A DNA stretch of 64,000 nucleotides from a virus: IMG/VR virus record IMGVR_UViG_3300045988_159115; one strand, given 5' to 3'. The notes beneath the pieces were generated by a model. The model was not told the DNA's origin, did no database searches, and worked only from the letters and a program-made list of their open reading frames with translations. The position numbers were made by a program, and so were the translations under genes. Below are positions 1 to 7,473 of the stretch, in pieces (within the stretch, counting starts at the first letter, position 1; each line of letters opens with the position of its first letter).

Positions 1-25
1 TAAGATATTCAATCACAAATTATAG

Positions 26-39
26 TTATATATTATATC
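26..39 (+). promoter_or_regulatory. AT-rich TATATTATA-type box (class II promoter-like motif) upstream of first early gene
   Basis: TTATATATTATATC; the same core TATATTATA recurs in gene orientation upstream of at least 8 other genes/tRNAs. Confidence 0.35.
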
Positions 40-44
40 AGTAG

Positions 45-70
45 AAGGAGGTGGAAATACTATGTAGAAT
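45..70 (+). promoter_or_regulatory. SD-like AAGGAGGTGG followed by ATG-TAG (ATGTAGAAT box), about 60 nt upstream of gene 129
   Basis: ATGTAGAAT at 62-70 is identical to the core of the 35-bp repeats at 1891 and 2579; GAGGTG lies 8 nt upstream of the ATG. Confidence 0.4.
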
Positions 71-128
71 CCACTATTTTAGCAGCCAATGAAAAGAAAC
101 CGAAATTTCAAAGAGAAAGGAAAAGAAA

Positions 129-797
129 ATGGAATATTCTATCAAACCAGATGCTGAGCACATGATCGTTACTCATTGCGAGCTCGTTTTTATGACTCCC
201 AACGGAAAGCATATGTACAGCATCTTTGGTGACGGTGTTCGTCCGGACGATTATCTCGTTTGGTCGGTTGGTGTTAAGCACATGAAGTATCAGGAGGAGA
301 TCGAGAAGTTCTTGAAAGAGAACGACTGCATTGACACCACTTTCAAGTGCCACAGGTTCTACATGACGGACAGTGATTCCGAAAAGGGAACCAACAACTG
401 CTATCCGTTCATCATGAACGCTGTGACTGGCGAGCATGGAAGCATCTATCAGCCGAGCCTCTTCACGATCCTGACCGCATATCTCGGGTCTGATGTGAAC
501 GACTGGATCGTCTTTGCTGAGCAGATCAAGAGTGGCAAGCCGTTTGAAGGTACTGTATACTTCCTTCACAATACCACCGTTGAGGGTGAGACGGAATACG
601 CTTATGACAAGAGTCGCTGGCGTAACGACTATCACCTTCAGTTCCTTCCTTACGATATGAACAGCACGTTTTCTAATCCGATGCCGACTCATATCTATCG
701 GAACAGCAAAGACACCGTCCGCCCCTACTACAACGAGAACTACAACACGAAGCTGATCGAAAAGAAAAAGAAAATGGAGGAAAAGAAAAATGGGTAA
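129..797 (+). CDS. hypothetical early protein, paralogue family with 1967..2566
   Basis: 222-aa ORF with a GAAAGGAAAAG SD; shares RFYxxD, AYLGxD, W..FA..IK...PFEGxVY and RxDxHLxFxPY with 1967..2566. Confidence 0.75.
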   Translation: MEYSIKPDAEHMIVTHCELVFMTPNGKHMYSIFGDGVRPDDYLVWSVGVKHMKYQEEIEKFLKENDCIDTTFKCHRFYMTDSDSEKGTNNCYPFIMNAVTGEHGSIYQPSLFTILTAYLGSDVNDWIVFAEQIKSGKPFEGTVYFLHNTTVEGETEYAYDKSRWRNDYHLQFLPYDMNSTFSNPMPTHIYRNSKDTVRPYYNENYNTKLIEKKKKMEEKKNG

Positions 798-1377
798 GCA
801 CGATAATAAGAAGGCCACATACATTCAGGTGAAGTACAGCAAGAAGAAGGGCTACAGCCTGGCGTTCGGTGATCACAAGTTGACCGAAGATGGCCCTTAC
901 AGCGAGTTCAAGAACGATGTCTTCTGCTCGCGGTCCTATTTCTTCAGCGAGAAGGAAACCGGCCGTGCTGCATCCATCATCCTTCGTGGATTTGATGGTT
1001 ACAAGAGGAAGAACCTTGAGCTCGATTACGTGTTCAATATGATCGACGTCATTGATCCCATGTTCAGCTGCGTATCCTGCATCATGGATAGCATCAAGGC
1101 CGGTATCGAGAACAACGATGTTTCGGCAGTTGTCACCGTTTGCGTTGACATTTTCAGCGATCGTGTTGAGATCTCTGACAGCTTGGAAAACAGCGATAAG
1201 ATCGTTGTCAAAAGCGATCTCATCATGAAATCCAAGAAGAAGCGCGAAAAGGCTGCTCTGAAGGAAGCAGTCGCAAACACCATTGAGCAGAATGCTCAGT
1301 CCAACTATCAGGCTGCACCGGCTAATCCGATGGGTGACGCCGTTCTGCTCGCAGAAGGCTACAAATCCGGTATGTAA
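790..1377 (+). CDS. hypothetical protein
   Basis: 195-aa ORF; GGAGGA SD; 8-nt overlap with the upstream gene suggests translational coupling. Confidence 0.7.
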   Translation: MGKHDNKKATYIQVKYSKKKGYSLAFGDHKLTEDGPYSEFKNDVFCSRSYFFSEKETGRAASIILRGFDGYKRKNLELDYVFNMIDVIDPMFSCVSCIMDSIKAGIENNDVSAVVTVCVDIFSDRVEISDSLENSDKIVVKSDLIMKSKKKREKAALKEAVANTIEQNAQSNYQAAPANPMGDAVLLAEGYKSGM

Positions 1378-1396
1378 TTTAAGGAGGAAATGAAAA

Positions 1397-1876
1397 ATGG
1401 GTAAAAAGATTGAGATCAAGAACTTAGGATATGAGGTGGTTCACAAGAGCCACCAGATCGACCGCATCGGCGGAAACAACATCATGACGATGTTCAACGT
1501 CCGCGCAACGGATGTGTATGTCCTGATGCCCTATGGCCGTGTGAGCAACGTTGCTCCGTTCGCAACCACCGTCACGATCACCGATGTGATCTCTTGTTCC
1601 ACCGACACCGAGGTCAAGAGTGTCAAGCGCAAGCTCCAGCCGCTGCTGAATCGTATTGACTTCAGCAGCATCCCCATTGATGAGATCGTATCTCTCTACA
1701 TCGACCTTCACAAGAAGGATGATCAGGGTGGTGCAACTCCTATGGCTCATATCCAGTACGTTGCTCGTACGGATATGACCGTTGCCGATGTCCCCCTGAA
1801 GCCGAAGTTCGATGACGATATCGTCCAGAAGGCAAAGAAGGGCAAAAAGAAGGATAAGAAGAAGAGCAAGAAGTAA
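1397..1876 (+). CDS. hypothetical protein with Lys-rich C-terminal tail
   Basis: 159-aa ORF; AAGGAGG SD; C-terminus KAKKGKKKDKKKSKK. Confidence 0.7.
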   Translation: MGKKIEIKNLGYEVVHKSHQIDRIGGNNIMTMFNVRATDVYVLMPYGRVSNVAPFATTVTITDVISCSTDTEVKSVKRKLQPLLNRIDFSSIPIDEIVSLYIDLHKKDDQGGATPMAHIQYVARTDMTVADVPLKPKFDDDIVQKAKKGKKKDKKKSKK

Positions 1877-1890
1877 TTTCTATGCTCCGA

Positions 1891-1925
1891 AAAGAAATGA
1901 GGTGATTCCAATGTAGAATTTATCT
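1891..1925 (+). repeat. 35-bp intergenic repeat, copy 1 (AAAGAAATGAGGTGATTCCAATGTAGAATTTATCT)
   Basis: Exact 35-nt copy also at 2579..2613; contains GAGGTG, 6 nt, then ATG-TAG; lies 42 nt upstream of the ATG at 1967. Confidence 0.9.
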
Positions 1926-1966
1926 TTCGTCTACATCCACGTATTCTTACAAAAGGAGATTATATT

Positions 1967-2566
1967 ATGAGCGACATGATTGAGCTCGCGCACATCCAAT
2001 TCAATGCAATCGCTAGTCGTACCATCACATTCGCGAAAGATGGAAAACCCGTATATGTCATCGAAGCTGTTAGCGATCGTTGCAGCGATGCATTCCTTCC
2101 GATCAATTCGATCAACCACAACAGCGAGTTCTATGACGTTATCGCTAACTTCGTTAAGAAGTATAATGGTAATGCTGAGGTTCCCTTCAATTATGTGAGC
2201 CGTTTCTATCTGAAGGATATGTCGTCTGGTAAGGAATATGCGTTTATTCTAAATGATACCGCGTATTATGCGAAGAATCGCGTATTCACCAGCATGGATT
2301 ATATCAAAGCATATCTTGGCGATGATCCTGAGAAATGGAATGAATTCGCAAAGATGATCAAGACAGAAACCATGCCATTTGAAGGTATCGTGTACTCCGT
2401 TAGCCGTGACGGCGATCACGTTATTCGTGAGAAGAATGATTGGAAGAGAGACCGTCATCTCCTGTTTGCTCCTTATGGCGAAACCGAATTCCGTCCTAGC
2501 AAATTTAAGCATCTATTAACCAACAGCCTCGAAGGTGTTGAGGTTAAAGATCAAAATGATGCATAA
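1967..2566 (+). CDS. hypothetical early protein, paralogue of 129..797
   Basis: 199-aa ORF; AAAGGAG SD; conserved blocks shared with 129..797. Confidence 0.75.
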   Translation: MSDMIELAHIQFNAIASRTITFAKDGKPVYVIEAVSDRCSDAFLPINSINHNSEFYDVIANFVKKYNGNAEVPFNYVSRFYLKDMSSGKEYAFILNDTAYYAKNRVFTSMDYIKAYLGDDPEKWNEFAKMIKTETMPFEGIVYSVSRDGDHVIREKNDWKRDRHLLFAPYGETEFRPSKFKHLLTNSLEGVEVKDQNDA

Positions 2567-2578
2567 CTAATATGCATC

Positions 2579-2613
2579 AAAGAAATGAGGTGATTCCAAT
2601 GTAGAATTTATCT
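2579..2613 (+). repeat. 35-bp intergenic repeat, copy 2
   Basis: Identical to 1891..1925; lies 37 nt upstream of the ATG at 2650. Confidence 0.9.
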
Positions 2614-2649
2614 ACTTCAGTCAAACTAAAAAGAGAAAGGAAAAATAAA

Positions 2650-3507
2650 ATGTCAAACGAACATGCGTGGAAATTTACCACTGAAGCCTCCAGTGGTAAG
2701 AAAAACTATGATATCGTCTGGGAAGGCTTACCCCACATCTACTTCTACGATGCAGATGGTTGCCATTGCGAGTGTGATGACAATGAGCCCGACGAGAAGC
2801 AGGTCGAGTTCGATCAAGAGATGCATCTGGATGGCAGATACAACCAGTACCAGCGTGACTACATCGTCAACACGTTCGAATTTCCCATGACGAAAGACCT
2901 GCGTGGTGAGAATGATGGTCATGCTATCAATATCAGCCTCCGGGTGTACTATCCCATGGTCCTTCCGAATATGATTCAGCCGAAAGACTTTGATGTCAAT
3001 CTGTGCCATATTCTGGAAGCAATCGAGCATTTCAATCATCTCGAAACCTGCGCGAGCATCAACGACATCAGCATTGATCTTGCTCCCACCCAGAAAGATG
3101 GCGTCTTCATGAAGACCACCTTCAATTTCAAACCTGCGGCTGGCGAATGCATGGCCGCAACGGATCGCTGGGAAAAATTCAGAAAAGACTCCGAGGAACG
3201 GCGGCTTGTAAGTGCGAAGGAGGCTATGACTGCTGCCATTTTCGGCGACGAAGTTTCCTGGAGACTCTATGAGAAGAGTTTCAAGCGGGACATCACTCGT
3301 ACTCGCATTCTGACTCAGTATCCTGAGTTGACTGAGTGGTTCACCGATATGGAACGGGACTGCACAAAGAAGTGGTCTCTTTTTGCGGAGAATAAGGATA
3401 CGGAAGGAAAAATCCCTATCATGACTCCGAAAACTCAGAGCGTTCTTGATGAGATTCAGAAGACTCCCGAGCCCACTTATGGTACCGGCCCCTCGAAGAA
3501 AAACTAA
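2650..3507 (+). CDS. hypothetical protein
   Basis: 285-aa ORF; GAAAGGAAAA SD. Confidence 0.7.
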   Translation: MSNEHAWKFTTEASSGKKNYDIVWEGLPHIYFYDADGCHCECDDNEPDEKQVEFDQEMHLDGRYNQYQRDYIVNTFEFPMTKDLRGENDGHAINISLRVYYPMVLPNMIQPKDFDVNLCHILEAIEHFNHLETCASINDISIDLAPTQKDGVFMKTTFNFKPAAGECMAATDRWEKFRKDSEERRLVSAKEAMTAAIFGDEVSWRLYEKSFKRDITRTRILTQYPELTEWFTDMERDCTKKWSLFAENKDTEGKIPIMTPKTQSVLDEIQKTPEPTYGTGPSKKN

Positions 3508-3570
3508 CCCTATGGCAGGGCAGTCCGTGTGGATTGTCCTGCTTCTTTTCTTATAAGGAGGAGAAAGATT

Positions 3571-3927
3571 ATGGCATTCTTTAATGCAATGGCTGATCAG
3601 TTCGAAGAGATCACGGTTTGTGGAAAGCCTGCGTTGTTCACCAGCATCCGTCTTGATAGGAATACTATCCCGGATTGTCTGTATGCCTACGACGTCCGGC
3701 ATGATGATGACTGTGAGGGTATCCCTTGTGAGATCGCACCCTATGTGCTTGTCAACCACTGGGGAACCATCATCCTTGCAGAGCCTCTGGAACTGCCGGA
3801 CGATGGTCGGCGGTACATCGACGAGGAAGACGACTGGAACTACTCCCCGTTTGATGGCGCCGAGAAAAATCAAAAGCCGTGCACCACAATAGAAGAATTC
3901 ATGAAGACCTATGTGAAGCAGAAATAA
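3571..3927 (+). CDS. hypothetical protein; possibly an LPD28-like domain as found in polyvalent proteins of conjugative elements and phages
   Basis: ATG at 3571 preceded by AAGGAGGAG. The sequence ...CGKPALFTSIRLDRNTIPDCLYAYDVRHDDD...VNHWGTIIL resembles, from memory, the LPD28 pattern. Not verified. Confidence 0.55.
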   Translation: MAFFNAMADQFEEITVCGKPALFTSIRLDRNTIPDCLYAYDVRHDDDCEGIPCEIAPYVLVNHWGTIILAEPLELPDDGRRYIDEEDDWNYSPFDGAEKNQKPCTTIEEFMKTYVKQK

Positions 3928-3956
3928 CGGCATTTGATATAGGAGGTTAAAACCTG

Positions 3957-4550
3957 ATGAGAATCAAATTCTCTCAGGCAGTCTCCGGTAAAGTTCCTGC
4001 CAGTATCGGGATTGTGAGTGGATGTGATTATGCAAAACTCACAATTCTCGGTGATGGCAGTTTTATCAATTCGGATGGTTCCGAATGGTATGGTGAAAAA
4101 GTAACCCTCCCGAGAGGTATCTACCAAAAGGTATATCTCTCTAGGAAGGTTACTTCTTTTTCCATTAACGGTATCATTTCTGAGTTGGATTTATCAGGAC
4201 TGCCGATCGTTAATAATGTCTCGGAATTCTTTAGCTTAAGAGGACTGGCTCATTTGAATCTTCGGAATACTCCAACCTATGGAGATCTTTCCGAAGCAAA
4301 GAAATTGAGAGATTCTCTCACGTATCTGGATCTTGCTTTCACAAAAGTGGATGGTGATATCCATGATTTAAATCCACTAAAGAAGCTAAAGTTTCTAGAC
4401 ATAAGTGGTACCACAATTAAAGGAGATCGAGAAGAGCTCGTCGGCTTAAAAGATATTATCACTTTGCGGTTAAATGCAAACGTAGCCGATCATGATTTAG
4501 GGCTCAATGATAAAATAATGAGCTATATTAAACGCTCGTTGGAGGTGTAA
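3957..4550 (+). CDS. leucine-rich-repeat (LRR) protein
   Basis: 197 aa; successive LxxLxLxx(N/T) units (LDLSGLP, LAHLNLRNTP, LTYLDLAFTKV, LKFLDISGTTI, IITLRLNAN); AGGAGG SD. Confidence 0.65.
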   Translation: MRIKFSQAVSGKVPASIGIVSGCDYAKLTILGDGSFINSDGSEWYGEKVTLPRGIYQKVYLSRKVTSFSINGIISELDLSGLPIVNNVSEFFSLRGLAHLNLRNTPTYGDLSEAKKLRDSLTYLDLAFTKVDGDIHDLNPLKKLKFLDISGTTIKGDREELVGLKDIITLRLNANVADHDLGLNDKIMSYIKRSLEV

Positions 4551-4553
4551 TAG

Positions 4554-5465
4554 ATGGCTGCTTATCATCGTGTAGTAATAAAGATCAACGGAAGAGAAAT
4601 GTCACTCAAGGATGCATGTGACGAGTATGATATTGGCATCCAAAATCTTATTCCGTCAAGTGTAAAGAATTCGCCCTATGTGTCCAGAGAAGAGAAACTG
4701 ATCAGCATGATCTATAAAAAGTATAACCGGCATATCTCGGTTGGCGGCATCTTCTATTTGGATTCTCTTCACCTGGCATTGGAACTTGGTCTCGATCGTA
4801 CAAGCACTGCTAAGTATATTCTGAATGAGGACAGAGTAAGCTATAGCCCATCTGAATTTTCGAGATTCAAGATTGATTGTCCTCTCACTCTTCAGGACCA
4901 TTTTAATCCTGATAATCCGAACCATATTCGGTATTATAAGAGAGGAGAAGAGATTGCTCGAATCTATGGATTCAAATGCTATCAATCTTTCAAGAACGCC
5001 ATTGCTAATAACTCAATCAATGCCGCAAGGCGATATTTTACCGAGAAAGATTGCACCTATGCAATCACTCATACTCCAAAATCTAGGGAAGGTTCCCGTA
5101 TGAAACGGAAGGAGAATAGTATTCTCGGTATTACGGGACTAGGCAGTAAAGAATACAAAGAATCCTTTGCAAAAGAATGTGGTGATCAGACACTCGTAAA
5201 TTATCGTATGGGAAACGGAATGAGTGTTGAGGAAGCCATGACATTTGCTCCATACCTTCCGGAAGATTGCAACATCAAAATCTATCGGTATAGCTTTATG
5301 AGAAATCTCTGTGGTTATACCGTAACCAGATTCGCATACAAAGACGATCGCGGGAATGCATATTATGAATGCAAGAACCGTGCGAATGGAGAGATCAAGA
5401 TTCTTTCCAAAGAACTCGTCACGAAGATGTTCTATCTTCAGAAAGAGATTGATAAAGAGGGTTAA
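4554..5465 (+). CDS. hypothetical protein, possibly with repeated small HTH/NUMOD-like DNA-binding modules
   Basis: 303-aa ORF; GGAGGTG SD; repeated pattern 'I.G..f.Sl..A..e.gi....i' (weak, judged by eye). Confidence 0.6.
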   Translation: MAAYHRVVIKINGREMSLKDACDEYDIGIQNLIPSSVKNSPYVSREEKLISMIYKKYNRHISVGGIFYLDSLHLALELGLDRTSTAKYILNEDRVSYSPSEFSRFKIDCPLTLQDHFNPDNPNHIRYYKRGEEIARIYGFKCYQSFKNAIANNSINAARRYFTEKDCTYAITHTPKSREGSRMKRKENSILGITGLGSKEYKESFAKECGDQTLVNYRMGNGMSVEEAMTFAPYLPEDCNIKIYRYSFMRNLCGYTVTRFAYKDDRGNAYYECKNRANGEIKILSKELVTKMFYLQKEIDKEG

Positions 5466-5470
5466 AAGAT

Positions 5471-6865
5471 ATGGATATAACAGATGCAAGAAATCAAACC
5501 TCGCACGAAGTTCAGCTGATGCTCCAGAACTATAAGAAGTGCTGCCTCGTAAAGCCTTGCAGTTTTGGTAAAACTTATATGGCAGCAGGAATTGCGTTGA
5601 TGTATCATGCGGTTGTTATCATCACGACTGCATCCGCATATCGCAATTCGATTCAGCCGAACTATCCCAATCTGGATGAGGACAAGCACGAGACGATCAA
5701 GTTCATGAGCTACTACTCTTTGGCAAGAGATCCGGAAAAGAGTCTCGGTGAGATCCATGACGCGGTGAAGAACCATACCGGAAACATGCTCGTCATCTTG
5801 GATGAAATCCATCGTGGTGGCGCGATTGGTGTTGCTGGTGCCATCTTAAAGCTGATGGAAACCTATCCGAGTGCTCATTATCTCGGTCTTACCGCAACGC
5901 CTTATCGAGCAGATGGATACGATGTCTTGAAGATGTTCTTTGACAATCATGTCATTGGAACGGAAGATGACGCTCCGATCACCGACTACTGCCCTGAGAG
6001 GCATCATTACGTCATAAGCCGCTTTAACTCAAAGCAGTTCATTGACGACTCTCCATGGAAAGAGCGCATCAATGGAAACGCGGCATCGTTCGATCACATC
6101 TATTCGAAGATTTCTCAGAAGTATTATTCTTCGAGTAATCTCGTTACCACTCTCCGTCGGTATAAAGATCTCTATCATCAGGAAAGCTACTTCAAGGTCA
6201 TTGTATTCTATCCGACGATTGAAAAGATGAAGGTGATGATCCCAAAACTCGCAAGTGCATTCGAGACTCTATATCCTGAGAGGAAGATTCGTGTCACTCA
6301 GTTCTATTACAAGAACTCTGCGAGAGTTGAGTCGTGCACGAGAGAGCCGAACACGATCGACATCATGGGCTCTATCAACATGCTTGGCATGAGCTATCAT
6401 GATGACGACGTGACTTGTGTGATCATGTTCCGGAAGACTCGTTCTAATAACGTCTATACTCAGGAGATTGGGCGAGTCATGAACTACACCTCGACGGATA
6501 AAAATACTTGCGTGTTTGACTTCGTTGAAAACTGCGATTCCACTCAGTATAAAGTTAGACGTCGTCATGACGTCGATCCAGAAACCACCTATGCTGGCGC
6601 TGTCGGTATCCAGGACGAACTCGAGAAGTTTACTGAGAAGATCGCAAAGCAGGTGACCGTTCACAATGAAGTTCTCGAAATCAAAAATGTCGTTCGTCTT
6701 CAGCAGGCTTTCTCCGATGCTAAGTATGCCAATATTCGCAGCGCAGTTGTCAATGCGTATTTGACAAAAGGAGCACCACTTGAATACTGCTGCAAGAGGT
6801 TGAATGTATCCGAGGAGTTATTCCTTGAATATATTGATCTCTATAAGAAAGCGGAAGTTGAATAA
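5471..6865 (+). CDS. SF2 (DEAD/DEAH-like) helicase/ATPase
   Basis: Walker A-like SFGKTYMAAG, DEIH box (VILDEIHRGG) and motif III-like GLTATPYR. Confidence 0.7.
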   Translation: MDITDARNQTSHEVQLMLQNYKKCCLVKPCSFGKTYMAAGIALMYHAVVIITTASAYRNSIQPNYPNLDEDKHETIKFMSYYSLARDPEKSLGEIHDAVKNHTGNMLVILDEIHRGGAIGVAGAILKLMETYPSAHYLGLTATPYRADGYDVLKMFFDNHVIGTEDDAPITDYCPERHHYVISRFNSKQFIDDSPWKERINGNAASFDHIYSKISQKYYSSSNLVTTLRRYKDLYHQESYFKVIVFYPTIEKMKVMIPKLASAFETLYPERKIRVTQFYYKNSARVESCTREPNTIDIMGSINMLGMSYHDDDVTCVIMFRKTRSNNVYTQEIGRVMNYTSTDKNTCVFDFVENCDSTQYKVRRRHDVDPETTYAGAVGIQDELEKFTEKIAKQVTVHNEVLEIKNVVRLQQAFSDAKYANIRSAVVNAYLTKGAPLEYCCKRLNVSEELFLEYIDLYKKAEVE

Positions 6866-6908
6866 AAGATATGCTATTATAAAATCTCATGAAAGGAGAC
6901 TACGCCAT

Positions 6909-7415
6909 ATGTGCGATACAAAAAATACAATTAATAGTCTAGGAATATCAGATGACGATATCGTCATTGCGGTGAACGCACCAACGCTTGCTCTGCAATG
7001 GCACGTCTATTGGTGTGATTTCAGCACCGTTATTCCTGGATGCAAAACACATCCTGCTCTCGTCGTAAGCCCTGATGAATGGAATGGAACCATGCCGTTC
7101 GTTAAGGTTGCCATGCTTACTTCGAAGTTGATCAGCACAAGCAATCCTGAATTTGCAGCAGCAAATGATCTTCGTGTTTACGTTGATCTTGGAACCGATC
7201 GTCTCAGCTGCATTAAGCTTGACAGGTTCTATGATGTACCTCTCTCTGCAATTCGGAGCCATATGAAAAGACTTCCGAATGATGAAATCCTGGAATCATA
7301 TATCACGCAGTGCATTGATGCACAGACAAAGAAAGACGTGAAGGCTCCTGGCCAGTATACCACTTATAAAAAGAACTGGCTCGAAGCCCATAACAACAAG
7401 GATTTCGTCTCATAA
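6909..7415 (+). CDS. MazF/PemK-like (CcdB/MazF SH3-fold) toxin-family protein with C-terminal extension
   Basis: WHVYWCDF...GCKTHPALVVSPDEWNG...VKVAMLTS...CIKLDRFYDV parallels E. coli MazF GDLIWVDF...AGHRPAVVLSP..YN...CVPCTT...ADQVKSI; ATG at 6909 after GAAAGGAG. Confidence 0.55.
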   Translation: MCDTKNTINSLGISDDDIVIAVNAPTLALQWHVYWCDFSTVIPGCKTHPALVVSPDEWNGTMPFVKVAMLTSKLISTSNPEFAAANDLRVYVDLGTDRLSCIKLDRFYDVPLSAIRSHMKRLPNDEILESYITQCIDAQTKKDVKAPGQYTTYKKNWLEAHNNKDFVS

Positions 7416-7421
7416 GAGATG

Positions 7422-7472
7422 AAAATAATCCGTTGGAAATCCTTAAATGGAATCCAACGGATTATTTTTTTG
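7422..7472. terminator. bidirectional rho-independent terminator
   Basis: Perfect 16-bp stem AAAATAATCCGTTGGA / TCCAACGGATTATTTT (7422-7437 / 7453-7468); A-run on one side and T-run on the other; sits between convergent genes. Confidence 0.85.
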
Positions 7473-7473
7473 A

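Noticed and set aside
62-70. ATGTAGAAT as a canonical host sigma-70/sigma-A promoter (TG-extended -10 with a -35)
   Set aside because: TAGAAT is -10-like, but the TG directly abuts it with no spacer nucleotide. No TTGACA-like hexamer lies 16-18 nt upstream in any copy. It is kept only as an alternative within the start-stop finding.
1891-2613. The 35-bp repeats as a CRISPR array or mobile-element ends
   Set aside because: There are only two exact copies, separated by a complete gene. There is no regular spacing, no cas or transposase genes, and both copies sit at equivalent positions upstream of start codons.
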